DNA from: a virus
Lineage: Duplodnaviria; Caudoviricetes
Virus record (IMG/VR): IMGVR_UViG_3300033121_000943
Location: 7,140-71,139 of that record
Reading direction: 5' to 3' (one strand)
Length of the DNA stretch: 64,000 nt
Made by a program: the position numbers and the translations under genes. The notes below the pieces were generated by a model. It saw nothing but the letters and a program-made list of their open reading frames with translations. It searched no databases and was not told where the DNA came from. Each line of letters begins with the position of its first letter. Position 1 is the first letter of the stretch. Shown one piece after another: positions 27,301-37,268 of the stretch.

Positions 27301-27839
27301 ACGTCGGCGCCCTGCAAAACTATGAACTTAGGCCTAACCAGAAGGATCTCCTGGTAAAGCAAGTATCTTTGCTGCTCGATCCATGTCGACTGTAAGCCAG
27401 CTTTGCTAGGGTCTAGCGACGTACTTTTCAATAGCGACGTGACATAGACCTTTGAATCTATCTCCCCGTCGAACCCTGCTCTTATAAACGCGTGCCTCAG
27501 AATCTTCTCGTCATCTCGCGAGAATAATTTCTGTGCACCCATATCGTAGGCCGTCGGACATTTACCGATGACCATAATGTCAGCCTTAACAGGGCCGTGC
27601 GTCTTGATACGAGAGTCCAGCATACGACCGGTTAGTGTCGACAAAGTTACCATGCGACCGGATTTATTAACCGGTAGCCTTAGCAGTCTGTTGCCGTAAC
27701 CATACAAGATGTTGGACGTTAACTTACTTAACGAAATGCCTACACTCGCGGCATTAGCAAGTAGATCGGCGTGAGGCTCTGGCAACCCCGGAGCACCATG
27801 CGGATACACTTTTCTAGCCGACAAGTTTTGTAGAGACAT
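24339..27839 (-). CDS. polA: family A DNA polymerase with N-terminal UDG-like domain and 3'-5' exonuclease
   Basis: IMVIGKCP...RPKFIVLQG (UDG fold); WDAEWQG, YGAWDA (exo); EADYSGAEL, RTAAKAVIFGLAYG, LQIHDA (motifs A, B, C). Confidence 0.95.
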   Translation of the reverse strand: MSLQNLSARKVYPHGAPGLPEPHADLLANAASVGISLSKLTSNILYGYGNRLLRLPVNKSGRMVTLSTLTGRMLDSRIKTHGPVKADIMVIGKCPTAYDMGAQKLFSRDDEKILRHAFIRAGFDGEIDSKVYVTSLLKSTSLDPSKAGLQSTWIEQQRYLLYQEILLVRPKFIVLQGADVVKAILGKSATLGKYEGEVVEKYFDTRISAVSPPSGFTAKIVCTISPSAVIAARGRLGVTAVKALSGGMTSEEKRLINNMTFLHKCYDPEEHAKANGEIVAELDPTDSDVETVGVVGMDRGLKYYVVDTVDQLVHHLKLMRKNCKNKIVAWDAEWQGRHPQDSKAYLRCIQFSYRPDSAVVIALTHKGGSPRFSYKTSDGSYSTKNGTRVAARLCKKFMQGLRAAGHFFNADLEWFTYYGLDLRDEYAPAATPEDCKHSGGLALELAAHAIDETARFGLDEQLAIHTNVPNYVSSFNAMKAEQRKAIQRRAADLLKEKARYLRAKKTLDDGGKLTKERLRFFGEYDLLAKNDEIKEAIEARKDLDIGYGWISDEALYPYGAWDAAGELRLANYFWEEGLDGDRYGKPCWKAYWISHQAAPAVLEINRTGLLVDRKGVDQVAKLFSDRKAELLTSLREQFNWPDFNPQNRFHIAEAMFGEKYNGYYQQYGSVKRCRPEGAMCLHIVPLRSTGKYPVPWETVRGTPQEMEITPSAGKQSLLELFYLKDQVITEVVNADGEVSDEPRDHSKVLRDILDYKFLAKAVQGILREPLTDDDDNEVYDEDGNLVYSDGVTEYMSDDGYCRTHITQVTETGRWKSRDPALQNLSKSRESDYRRIIGEKYTRSIRSIFTVEPGWFLVEADYSGAELMMLATMAQDYTMIDHCQRSGLDEDDPNYFDIHANLAVTAFNLDCPPTKTGLDDIGKIALRTAAKAVIFGLAYGQSPEACATLLRASGTFITADDASRLQQNVFQTYEGIRPFLAQCASRVTNPGWLCNMFGRRRRFFYTEERQDIKKQEREAMNAPIQGGVADAMTLAIANLYKYRIQSKMDFKIVLQIHDAVMLAVPHYELMHVIDPKEGVFRKCLIDQVPLIATDLDGDRVSNKKYYFNSSTDIQTSWSEIPTPDKFLPYGLDPALVGWRKQNGTYLHKKFKQIYDIATGAMLFPQNA

Positions 27840-28947
27840 AGACACCAGCCTTTCTCGCCGTCTTGTAGATGCACGCCCAGATGAAATCTCTATCAAGCGA
27901 ACCCGGATCCGTAAACGACGGTAAATAAACCGGCAAAATCGGACACGTTAAATGACTCATTAACGTTTTGTACGCCTTGGTCATGTGATGCTCTAGCCCC
28001 TTCTTTTTCGACGTCTCGTCTTGGGCAGGGTCTAGCAATAACACGATTGCGGATCGTACTCGCTTATCTCGCGAACCGATTACACTTCGTAAAATGTCGC
28101 ACTTACGTTTCTGCAGCGTCTTACCTAGAACAGCTACCGCATTCAGACCTACCGACCAAGCGTCGCCAGGGCCCTCAGTTATTACGATAGTTTCGTAATT
28201 CTGAGCATGCTCGATGCCGTACAAGAAGTTACCGATAGTTCCGTAAGAGTGCTTCCACTTTGGACCGCTCTCACCGGAATCCTCTAGTCGTCTAGCTGTC
28301 CAAGCTGCGAGCTTTACTTCGCCATCGAAGTCAGCGTATATCGGTGCCAGAAGCCTATCAGTCATATCAGATGCCGTTGACCGACCCAGAGACACGTGAT
28401 GGATATCATAGTGCTCCGCGAGATATGCTGGATCGTAACCTCTCGCTAAACACCAATGTATTAGCTTGTGGTCGCGGTCAGTCCTGAGTATGTCCGTAAG
28501 CGGTCTGACGAGCCCAGGAAACTCGATCGGCAGCATTTCCTCTTCTACGGCTTCCTCGCCCACCATGTCTGCGTCGACCGGTACATCGCCGCCGTTATAG
28601 ACCATGTCGTACAGTTCCTTACGGTTTTCGAAATCCGTAAGACACTCTTCGTTAAAGCAGTGTGCCAACCACAGGGTCAGTCTCTTCGTAGCAACGCTTC
28701 GCGTTCCCCATAGATGGTTTATGTACAACCGCTGTTTAGTGTCCGAACAGAACGGACAGTTGATGCGGTACTCTTCGCCCGTGGAAGAACCTTTCTTAAC
28801 CAGCTTATAGCTGCCACCAGTCGTCGTCATAGCGAACTGGCCAGTCTGACCGGGCTTCTCTATGTGGACGGCGTGGTTTCCGAATACTTCACGCAACCGT
28901 GATACTAATCGGTTGTTTACGTACTTACGCGAAGCTTTGATGCTCAT
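27814..28947 (-). CDS. DnaG-type DNA primase
   Basis: CPFC..HCFNEEC zinc finger; TOPRIM ITEGPGDAWSV and LLDP. Confidence 0.9.
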   Translation of the reverse strand: MSIKASRKYVNNRLVSRLREVFGNHAVHIEKPGQTGQFAMTTTGGSYKLVKKGSSTGEEYRINCPFCSDTKQRLYINHLWGTRSVATKRLTLWLAHCFNEECLTDFENRKELYDMVYNGGDVPVDADMVGEEAVEEEMLPIEFPGLVRPLTDILRTDRDHKLIHWCLARGYDPAYLAEHYDIHHVSLGRSTASDMTDRLLAPIYADFDGEVKLAAWTARRLEDSGESGPKWKHSYGTIGNFLYGIEHAQNYETIVITEGPGDAWSVGLNAVAVLGKTLQKRKCDILRSVIGSRDKRVRSAIVLLLDPAQDETSKKKGLEHHMTKAYKTLMSHLTCPILPVYLPSFTDPGSLDRDFIWACIYKTARKAGVYVSTKLVG

Positions 28948-30545
28948 TCAAAATTCTCCCGTATGTCGCCACCAGAGAATCCGCGTAGCTTCCGAGCGTC
29001 ATCCTTATGCATGATCTCGTTGTTCATCACTTCGTAATCTCCGTCTGCTGCTTCCCAGCGACAGAACGTATTGTCGAGTCTCGCCGGTATACCGTAACCG
29101 ATTGGCGCCCCGCGACGACCTTTAGCCTGAACAAATACGGCTAGACCTTCAGTCGGCGTAGGTACCCCGCTTACGAAAGCGAAGTCAGCATTTTCTGTAA
29201 TACCCAATGCTTCACGAAATGCCGTTTTGTCCGGCGTAGTACCGGGCTTACGTTTCGCCTCAGCCGCAGCTAACTGGTGCGAGATCCATGTTATGCAGTT
29301 GAACCTGTTAGCGACGTTGTGCTTACAATCCAAAGGTATTTGCGTCAGCACTCTTCGCAGCTGACTGTCGCTCTTTGCTGTGGCGCCGATATACGTGTTG
29401 GCACAAGTACCGGCGTAATCCAGCCCCACAAACGCTACACCAGGATTACCGAGTTTACGTTGATGCATCTCGACATAATCAGCTATGCCGTCTACGAGTC
29501 GCGTCGCGTATTTGACCAGACTCTGTTGCGAGTGAGAGAAATCCACCAACTGTATGTTCCGTGACATAATCTCTCTAGCTCGCTGATACCTACCTCTCTC
29601 GCCCCTTGGCCAACTAGCTCTTTTCGCTCTGGCTCGCTGAATTAGATTCTTGAGAAGCTTTTTCTCATATGGTTTGTAAGAATCTATATCGCCACCTTCG
29701 GAGAAACTCGCCAAGCTGGCTTTCGTAATAAACTCGGTGATCGAGTCTCTGCAGATGTTACCGATGTTCGAGATGATGTGCTGAATAGGGTCTTCGATAC
29801 GCTCGTAATTAACGATGTAAACCCACTCAGGCGGTCTGCCTTGCTCCGCGGCTAATCGCTGCTCGGCAATGGCGATGTTGGAACCAACCTGATTCACCAA
29901 CGTACTCTTACCACCACCCGACACGGCGCCGTGTAGTACACACTCGCGAGCGGCCGGTTTGCCGCCAGTAAGAGTGTCCACGAACGACACGCCTGTCGAA
30001 GAAGCTTTACCGGCCATCGGCCTGTTAAGCATAATGTCGATCGGATCCGCGAACATGTCGTCATTCGACGCATTGGCGATGAGCAGCTTATTGCGTATCT
30101 CGTCAATCAGCTCGGACTCGGACGACGTTCTTACAGATTTCGTAAGCTGATCCGCTAGCTTTGCCGATAGCAGTTGGCCGATGTATCTCGACAACTTCTC
30201 GTTCAATACTACGAGGTAGTCCGATACTGTTTTCTCTAACTTTACGGCCAGCCTGAACAGTTCCATGAGCGAGTCTTTGAACTCGTCAAAGTTAGGATCG
30301 TCTTGAACTGACTCATTGACCTTGTTACGGAATATGTCGATCGTCGGCCATACAGCATACGACTCTTCGTATTCCTTCAACTCTTCAAGCCAGAATCTGT
30401 AGAGATCGTCGATCTCTGGCATCGATTCAGTGTCGATGTTGTCGGCAGCTCGTTTGTACAAGTCTCTATCCAGAAGCATGGCTGCGAACACCATGTTCTT
30501 TTCGTGTGATTCGAGATTCTTTACCAACTTAGCCTTTTCGGCCAT
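28944..30545 (-). CDS. DnaB-like replicative helicase
   Basis: Walker A GAVSGGGKST, GLDYAG, SHQL. Confidence 0.88.
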   Translation of the reverse strand: MAEKAKLVKNLESHEKNMVFAAMLLDRDLYKRAADNIDTESMPEIDDLYRFWLEELKEYEESYAVWPTIDIFRNKVNESVQDDPNFDEFKDSLMELFRLAVKLEKTVSDYLVVLNEKLSRYIGQLLSAKLADQLTKSVRTSSESELIDEIRNKLLIANASNDDMFADPIDIMLNRPMAGKASSTGVSFVDTLTGGKPAARECVLHGAVSGGGKSTLVNQVGSNIAIAEQRLAAEQGRPPEWVYIVNYERIEDPIQHIISNIGNICRDSITEFITKASLASFSEGGDIDSYKPYEKKLLKNLIQRARAKRASWPRGERGRYQRAREIMSRNIQLVDFSHSQQSLVKYATRLVDGIADYVEMHQRKLGNPGVAFVGLDYAGTCANTYIGATAKSDSQLRRVLTQIPLDCKHNVANRFNCITWISHQLAAAEAKRKPGTTPDKTAFREALGITENADFAFVSGVPTPTEGLAVFVQAKGRRGAPIGYGIPARLDNTFCRWEAADGDYEVMNNEIMHKDDARKLRGFSGGDIRENFE

Positions 30546-31182
30546 ACTCCCACTCCCTGAACGATACTAAGTACTTAGGTCGCGAGATGCGTACAGTCGC
30601 CGCAAACCACTCGTCGTAGACCTCGTCACACGATGCGTAACGTATAGCCGCAGTCACCTTTTTACTGGCGTTAGGCAACACACCGTTAGTTTCCAGCATC
30701 GTCACGTAATAAACTGGATCGATTTCATCAGCCAACGATTCGATTACATCGTTCAGCGTTACACCTGCGTGCATATCCTCGTCTATGTCGAACCGTAACT
30801 TCACACGCTCGTCCGAGGCGTATATCGACGCTCTGGACTTTATCCTGTAACCGTCATTGAGAGTGACAGGGTCGTGTTTCTGATATTGCTGTAAACTCAT
30901 TAGCCACGGAATCGTTGACGATACGCCTGAGTTCACTATTCGATTTAGCTCTGCCTGTAACAGCTGTACCGGATTAAAGTCGTTTCTCAACGCATTCTCT
31001 ATGAATACAGCGTACGGAGATGGCTGTACGCATTCTTGCTTAGAGTTAACCATGTATCGAGAACTATGGCCATTAATCTTCTCTGATCGCCTTCTGGCCA
31101 ATACGTACGAATGCCGAACTACACCGCAGAGGTGTTTGTTCGGCATCGTACTTGGTACGTAATTTCTCCAATCATCGCTCAC
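30529..31182 (-). CDS. hypothetical protein
   Basis: 217-aa ORF coupled to both helicase genes. Confidence 0.75.
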   Translation of the reverse strand: MSDDWRNYVPSTMPNKHLCGVVRHSYVLARRRSEKINGHSSRYMVNSKQECVQPSPYAVFIENALRNDFNPVQLLQAELNRIVNSGVSSTIPWLMSLQQYQKHDPVTLNDGYRIKSRASIYASDERVKLRFDIDEDMHAGVTLNDVIESLADEIDPVYYVTMLETNGVLPNASKKVTAAIRYASCDEVYDEWFAATVRISRPKYLVSFREWEYGRKG

Positions 31183-32663
31183 GGTTTCTCCTTGGATATG
31201 ACTTCCCAGCCCTGCTTCTTATAGATGCGGTGCCGAGCTTTCGATCGCTCATTAGCAGAATGGTTGTGCTTATCGATTAAGTCGACAAGTCGACCGAACT
31301 CCTTACCATCCGCAATACGCGATACACGTCCGGCGGCCTGAATGACTTCTTCTGGCGCCGAACCACCGTGAGCGAGAATTACGGTTCTTAAATTGGGAAA
31401 GTCTACGCCACGTTTCCACACGCTGTTGCAGATGATGACGGGTACTTTACCCTTACGAAATGAGTCAGCCAATAGCTCGATAGAGTCAGGTGTCGGTTGT
31501 ATAGCACCCTTCTCCACCAAACCCATGTTTTTCCACTGTTCCCATTTGTCTGGCGACTGCACGGCGTGTACGACTGGGCACCTGTATAGCTTACGTATGT
31601 TGTAGATATGCTCTACTCGATTGACGTAGACCAATACTTGACCGTCTGCCACATACTCTTGGATAGCGTTCACAATCTCCATGTTTCGATCGTAGTTAGT
31701 CCAATAGACCAATCGATCGAAATTAGGCGAAGTACCACTTAGGTCATCGATCGGCGTCGCATGATACTTACGCCACACTACTTTGATCGGTGCGACGGAT
31801 TTGGCGTCAACAGAAGATTCGTAAGTTGCTCGGTACCTGAAAGGACCAGCAACCGCTTCGACAAACTTATCTGCGTTGTCGGTACGGTCTTTCTCGTTGG
31901 CACTAAATCCGTAGCACCTCTTAGCTTTTACAGCCAGTAGTGCGGTCATTCGTTTCTTTGTGCACGCCTCCTGACGCTCGTCAATGATTAGGAAGTCGTA
32001 CTCTTCGTCATACGTCGAGTGGATACTATCCATCGAGCATAACTGGATACGCGTCGGTGTACTGGCCCGCGTGGACCCGCTTCGCATGGAAACATTAAGT
32101 CCTGGCGTATCTGCTAGAGAATTGTAGATATCCTTAAGAAGCTTGAGAGAGTAAGTCGTAATTAAGAATCTCGCCTTCGGATAGTACCGACACAAGGCCT
32201 TAATCAAAAACGTCTTACCGGCGCCGGTAGCCGCACAGAACTGTGCAGTATCGTTGTCACGCACAAGCTCGATAATAGATTTCTGTTCTTCGCGTAATTT
32301 CAACTTCGCGAGGAACTTAGAGTCCGGTACGAACGCCAAGGCTGAGCTGGCCGACATCTTCTTACTGTCTCGTACAGCCACGTGGCGGCCGTGTCGTTTG
32401 GCCACTTCGGTGACCCTGTCCATAAAACCGACGCCGGTCGTAATTACAGTTTCTTTGGCTAAACGCTTTACCACGTACAAGTACTGCGGTTCGTATGCGT
32501 AGTTCAGCCTACCTCTCTCGCGTTTCGTAACTAACAGGTTGAGTGTTAGTTCTTTTTTCAGCTCAGCTAATAACTCTTCGTCGTGTATAAAACGAATGGT
32601 GACCTTCAAGTAATTCTTGAAGGCCACCACTATGGTACTTGGATCGACTTTGCAGTCCGACAT
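31179..32663 (-). CDS. superfamily 2 helicase (UvsW-like)
   Basis: AATGAGKT, IIDERQ, RGVDFPNL, QAAGRVSR. Confidence 0.9.
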   Translation of the reverse strand: MSDCKVDPSTIVVAFKNYLKVTIRFIHDEELLAELKKELTLNLLVTKRERGRLNYAYEPQYLYVVKRLAKETVITTGVGFMDRVTEVAKRHGRHVAVRDSKKMSASSALAFVPDSKFLAKLKLREEQKSIIELVRDNDTAQFCAATGAGKTFLIKALCRYYPKARFLITTYSLKLLKDIYNSLADTPGLNVSMRSGSTRASTPTRIQLCSMDSIHSTYDEEYDFLIIDERQEACTKKRMTALLAVKAKRCYGFSANEKDRTDNADKFVEAVAGPFRYRATYESSVDAKSVAPIKVVWRKYHATPIDDLSGTSPNFDRLVYWTNYDRNMEIVNAIQEYVADGQVLVYVNRVEHIYNIRKLYRCPVVHAVQSPDKWEQWKNMGLVEKGAIQPTPDSIELLADSFRKGKVPVIICNSVWKRGVDFPNLRTVILAHGGSAPEEVIQAAGRVSRIADGKEFGRLVDLIDKHNHSANERSKARHRIYKKQGWEVISKEKP

Positions 32664-33697
32664 TAGAATCCCTTTTTCTTCAAACCGTATAACATGTCGT
32701 CCATACCCAGATCTGTCATCAAAACGTTGTTGACAATCTCGGCCAAATAAAACATGGCTTTTTTCACCGGATCATCCCACGGGTCGTAATAATCGCTCTC
32801 GTAATTTACCGCGTTCTTGAGCAGTACGAAGCTCTTTATTCGACTAGGATCTCTTGGGTGATCTTCGGTCTCTACGTAAGTAGCGAGCTCATTATAAATC
32901 TCTTCAAGGTCAGGAAAACTACCGTCTTCCGATGCCTCCGACATCAACATGATTTTCGACGCGATACCAAGAGGGACCGGCATCGGAGGATCGTCAGTTA
33001 ACGCGTGCGTATAATAGCCGTAGGCCAGATTTCTCACGCGATCTAGTGACAAGAAAATCAGTCCAAGACGTATCTTGTCGGCCTCGTTTTTTACCATGTA
33101 CTCACAAGCCTGTACGCCGTTGCTCGCCACGCTCAAATAACGTACTACGTCTATAGGGTCGATGCTGTTCGCTAGCTCGAGTTGACTGAAGCATTCCACA
33201 GCGTACGATTCCGTAAGAGTACGAGATAGCGGGGATCGTACTTCCGTAAAATTGGTAGCGAGCATTGTCACATGCGGAGTATCCGCGAAGCTCGGCATAA
33301 CAGTAGTTTTTTCTCGCATATCGCTCGGAATCGTTGCTATGAGCCTATACGCGTTCTGCGGATTCTCGACCGAAACAACGATTTTCACCCTAGAAGATCC
33401 CGTGATTAAATCCATCGCGTGATCTCTTCTCTCTATGTTGACAGCGTCGCGAACCATCACGCCTTCTGACGTGTTTTCAAATACCCTTGCTTTCAGTTGC
33501 CACGTGTCGTCGCCAGTCAACTCTTGATAGATGACACATTGGTCGTACTTGTGGACCGGCTTCGCAGATTCCTTACCGAGAATCTTGCCCAAGATCGAGT
33601 GAATGACCGACAACGGATAAAGCACGATGGTGCGTAATAACAATTCCTTGTCTCCCTGTTGCTTTGAGCTCTGACGACAATCGTTCAAACACATCAA
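32663..33697 (-). CDS. hypothetical protein, start uncertain
   Basis: 344-aa ORF; 5' part overlaps the SbcC-like C-terminus. Confidence 0.7.
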   Translation of the reverse strand: MMCLNDCRQSSKQQGDKELLLRTIVLYPLSVIHSILGKILGKESAKPVHKYDQCVIYQELTGDDTWQLKARVFENTSEGVMVRDAVNIERRDHAMDLITGSSRVKIVVSVENPQNAYRLIATIPSDMREKTTVMPSFADTPHVTMLATNFTEVRSPLSRTLTESYAVECFSQLELANSIDPIDVVRYLSVASNGVQACEYMVKNEADKIRLGLIFLSLDRVRNLAYGYYTHALTDDPPMPVPLGIASKIMLMSEASEDGSFPDLEEIYNELATYVETEDHPRDPSRIKSFVLLKNAVNYESDYYDPWDDPVKKAMFYLAEIVNNVLMTDLGMDDMLYGLKKKGF

Positions 33698-35708
33698 CTG
33701 CCTGCATTACACGCTCTTCATCGAGGTGAGCTGTCGGCTCATCTAAACAGAAGAACGGTAGTCTACCGACGAACACCGCCGATCTGCCTAACCAAAAACT
33801 AATAGCCAATGCTACCTGCTGACCTACCGACAGTCTTGCCGCTTGCTCGATAGACCCGTCCCTGTGTATGGCGTTGAATGAGAAATTCTCTGGATCAACT
33901 TCCACAGTAAACGGTGCGTTAAAATCTCTTAAGAGATCGTTTACCTTGTCTGTAGTCTGACTCAACGTTCCAGCTATGATTCTAGCCGGTAGCCTATCGC
34001 GATGCAGAATGTTTCGCAGCGTACTGGCGTAGTTTGCGAAGTCTCTTACACGCTTAGTCTTGATACCTACTTCTCTAACTTGCCAAAGCGACGTTAACGT
34101 AGCTCTTAGCGAATTAGTTGCCGAGTTGTATAGGTCTCTAACGTCCTTTAACGCTGCCAGATCGGTCTCGTGCGTGGCCAAGAGTTCCTTAGCCAACTTG
34201 ACCGATCCGCCTTTCCCACTGATTGCTTCGAGTCGTTTTTTATTCTTCTCGATCGTTTCTCGAGTCATAGCAATGTTGACCTCGATCGACGTAATTTCGT
34301 GGCTAAGGTTTGTACACGCATCAGTAGCTGCCTTAAGCCTAGCTTCGGCGTTACGTAAGTTGGATCGAGTTTCCGTCTCTTCCTCTTCTACGTCATGACC
34401 TAGCAGGTACTCCTCTCCGTACGGCGCCGATTTGATCTGATCGATCGCTGCTTGAGCCAGCTTACGTTCCAACATTAACTTGTCCAAGGAGCTCTCGTAA
34501 CGCGACCAGATAGCTGTTGCTTCCATAAGCTCATTGAAACGTAAGCGGGCGTCGCTCAGGGATATCTTCGCAGCCAGCTTCTGTTCGCGTAATTGCTCGA
34601 CTCTCTTAGCTATCTCTTCCGCGTTGTCAAATGCTCGCCCGCAAGAAGCACAGACGGTCTCCTCTTCGATCTGCCCCTCGGTTATTTTCAAGCAGTTCAC
34701 GATAGTTAACTTAAGCGACGCCAATTCGTCAGGGTCCGCCTTCGGCACCGGTGGTTCTTGCGGTAGCTCAGCAGATAAAGTCCTCAAGTGCTTGTTTACG
34801 ATTTCCCTCGAAGGAAACGATCGCATGGCGTCGTAACGACTTCTACTTAACTCGTGAATCTCGCGGTACTCGTTTACGTCGGTTTGCGCCTCGTCTACGG
34901 CATCTTCGGCGTGTTTCAGTTTGCTTTTCTTAAATGCCAAAGCTGTTTCGCATTCCTCGAGCCGACTGGTGTCTTCGGCGATGTCTTTCGATAGAGACTT
35001 ACAGTCCTCTGCTCGGCTAACTATTGCCTTAAGCTCTTGAACTCGAAAATCAGGTAACACGGTCGCAGATACTTCGTGCATCTGTTTTCTGTAGTCACGC
35101 CGGTTTTTCTTCTTCGATCTCCACTCTGCGACCAGTCTGTCGTGTAGGTCTGACTGATACGTGGAGATGATGCCTTTATCCATCGTGACTTGATCACGTA
35201 GGACTCGGTCGAGTTTTTCCAATACATCAAGACCGCAAAGCGATTGGAACATAGCAGCACGATCTGCTTTACCGCCGGAGATAATGTTCTGTAAGGCGTT
35301 CTGTGACGCAAACAAGAACTCGTTAATAGTGGCCGCTGTGGTACCGAGAAGCTCCAAAGCTTTTTCCGTAATTACGGTTTCTTTGCCTTTAGCGACTTCT
35401 TTGTTGTTGAGCGTTAACGAGCTACTTCCGCCCTGCAAAACACGGCGAACCACCATAGTACCCGACGTCACTTCCCATGTTGTTTCAATGTAAGAAAGAT
35501 CACCTTGCGGAGTACCTCGTCTGATATTCGATTCTTTGGCGCCAGGAACAGACGAGAAGTCGTTCGTTACCGACAATCGTGCCATATTCATTAAGTTGGA
35601 CTTACCAACGCCGTTCGATCCGCAAATCACTGTAAGACCGAGTGGAAACTCAACTGTCTTATTCTCATACTGGCATACGTTCACTAACTTCACTTTGCAC
35701 AATCGCAT
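33573..35708 (-). CDS. SbcC/Rad50/gp46-like SMC ATPase
   Basis: GSNGVGKSN, coiled coil with CASC hook, LSVGQ signature, LDEPTAHLD, ITH. Confidence 0.92.
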   Translation of the reverse strand: MRLCKVKLVNVCQYENKTVEFPLGLTVICGSNGVGKSNLMNMARLSVTNDFSSVPGAKESNIRRGTPQGDLSYIETTWEVTSGTMVVRRVLQGGSSSLTLNNKEVAKGKETVITEKALELLGTTAATINEFLFASQNALQNIISGGKADRAAMFQSLCGLDVLEKLDRVLRDQVTMDKGIISTYQSDLHDRLVAEWRSKKKNRRDYRKQMHEVSATVLPDFRVQELKAIVSRAEDCKSLSKDIAEDTSRLEECETALAFKKSKLKHAEDAVDEAQTDVNEYREIHELSRSRYDAMRSFPSREIVNKHLRTLSAELPQEPPVPKADPDELASLKLTIVNCLKITEGQIEEETVCASCGRAFDNAEEIAKRVEQLREQKLAAKISLSDARLRFNELMEATAIWSRYESSLDKLMLERKLAQAAIDQIKSAPYGEEYLLGHDVEEEETETRSNLRNAEARLKAATDACTNLSHEITSIEVNIAMTRETIEKNKKRLEAISGKGGSVKLAKELLATHETDLAALKDVRDLYNSATNSLRATLTSLWQVREVGIKTKRVRDFANYASTLRNILHRDRLPARIIAGTLSQTTDKVNDLLRDFNAPFTVEVDPENFSFNAIHRDGSIEQAARLSVGQQVALAISFWLGRSAVFVGRLPFFCLDEPTAHLDEERVMQAVDVFERLSSELKATGRQGIVITHHRALSVVGHSLDLGQDSR

Positions 35709-35721
35709 TTCCTACTCCGAT

Positions 35722-35758
35722 AAACAAAATAGCAACGGTGCCGAAACACCGTTGCTAT
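35722..35758 (-). terminator. intrinsic terminator after the small secreted protein
   Basis: 12-bp stem ATAGCAACGGTG/CACCGTTGCTAT followed by TTTGTTT on the minus strand. Confidence 0.8.
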
Positions 35759-35799
35759 CATTAAGAACTAGATTAATCTAGCTGCCACCCTAGATCCGA

Positions 35800-36102
35800 C
35801 TATCGACAGCGGCGGAATACCCGCACAAGACGATGTCGAGGTGCACAGCAATTCGCTGGCTTTTCTTCGCACACTGGCGAGGCCACTGGTGCCACAACCG
35901 GCGTCTCGCAGACGCAAGCTGTGTCGACGCGGCATCCGATGCGATAGTCAGGTGTCACTGCATCCAACACATGGACGACTGCTTTGATAGGTGCCTCAAC
36001 AATTTGTCGAAGGCATGACCCATCTCGGCACTCTTGTGCATTGACAGACTGAACAGCAAAGAACGCAACAAGGCCTACGGCCAATCCGAAAAATCGCTTC
36101 AT
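35800..36102 (-). CDS. small secreted Cys-rich protein
   Basis: Signal peptide MKRFFGLAVGLVAFFAVQSVNA-Q, multiple Cys, basic tail; GGAGG SD at 7 nt. Confidence 0.8.
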   Translation of the reverse strand: MKRFFGLAVGLVAFFAVQSVNAQECRDGSCLRQIVEAPIKAVVHVLDAVTPDYRIGCRVDTACVCETPVVAPVASPVCEEKPANCCAPRHRLVRVFRRCR

Positions 36103-36151
36103 CGAGAAGCCTCCATGTCACGCGAATCGCGTCGCGCACGCTGCCTACGAG

Positions 36152-37267
36152 TTAGGCTTTCACAAATCGATCCCGAAGATTTCTTACAGCCGATTTCATA
36201 TCGTCGGAGAAGAGAAGGTTACGTAAGTCGCCAAACTCTTCGCTGGCCTCGCCGCATTCCTTGGCGAGGAAGTAAGTAAGCCGGGATTCCTCCCCATCGA
36301 AAACCACATCAGAATCGACGTCGTCGACGCTGGTTGCCGTGGTTTTCAGTTGATAAAACAAAAATGCCGTATCACCGACAATTTGTTTCATCTTCGTATA
36401 GACCGAACCAACACCTATGTGGTCGTTTACGATGTAAATCGGTTTGTGCAAAGTAATAGGCAATCGCCTCTTAGCAGCCTCGTTCATTACTTCGTAAAGC
36501 GTTTCGGCCCACGTATCCATCGCACTGGTCAGATCGTCCAGCGAGTTGATATCTACTTTCAACACCACTCGACTATTCAATTTAACCGGTTCGACAGATC
36601 CGTCGTCATTGAGCACCAACGCAAAATGTGTTGGTGGCTCATTAATTTTCCGCATGTGCGTTGCACCTGGGGAAAATAGGCTAACTGGGTCACCATTAGC
36701 GTTCTCTCCGCTCTTACGAGCAGGTCGATGATAATCGCCCGATATGATCGTCGATACGTGAGGGACGTCCTTAGAGGAAATCTCTGGAGACGAACCACCC
36801 ATTAGTTCAGCCCAGTGCTGGTGCGCCACAAGTATCTTGGCTTCACTGGGTATCGTCTGAACCATTTTCTTTATCGACTCTCGGTCTCGCCACGACAGAA
36901 AGCTCGTCATCGTTCCACCGATGTCGATAGTTCTACCGTCGGCATCGGTAACCCATCTATCACAAGCACGTAACCACGTTGGCTCCGCTTTATCGTGCTG
37001 ACCATAGATGTTGTACACATCCAGATTGGCATGCTTCATACGGTCGAGTTCTTTCACCAAGAACGCAACGGTTGTTGACGTCGGTGTCTTGGATGGCAAC
37101 GTCTCTACGATGTCTCCAGCCAAAACTAAGGGCAGCCCCTTATCAACGGCCAACGACACGCACTGACTAAACCCATGAAAAGCATCGCCTAAAAGAGACG
37201 GACGATCTCTCCAGATCAACTCTTCGATGTGACAGTCAGCGGTTATTACGCATATCGGTTTGGACAT
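36152..37267 (-). CDS. SbcD/Mre11/gp47-like metallophosphoesterase nuclease
   Basis: ADCH, AGDI, GQHD, AHQ, GDYH. Confidence 0.9.
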   Translation of the reverse strand: MSKPICVITADCHIEELIWRDRPSLLGDAFHGFSQCVSLAVDKGLPLVLAGDIVETLPSKTPTSTTVAFLVKELDRMKHANLDVYNIYGQHDKAEPTWLRACDRWVTDADGRTIDIGGTMTSFLSWRDRESIKKMVQTIPSEAKILVAHQHWAELMGGSSPEISSKDVPHVSTIISGDYHRPARKSGENANGDPVSLFSPGATHMRKINEPPTHFALVLNDDGSVEPVKLNSRVVLKVDINSLDDLTSAMDTWAETLYEVMNEAAKRRLPITLHKPIYIVNDHIGVGSVYTKMKQIVGDTAFLFYQLKTTATSVDDVDSDVVFDGEESRLTYFLAKECGEASEEFGDLRNLLFSDDMKSAVRNLRDRFVKA

Positions 37268-37268
37268 A

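Noticed and set aside
24339-27839. Intein or intron in the long PolA (also checked terminase and helicases)
   Set aside because: Length is explained by UDG, exo and pol domains; no C1...HN splice motifs or LAGLIDADG seen
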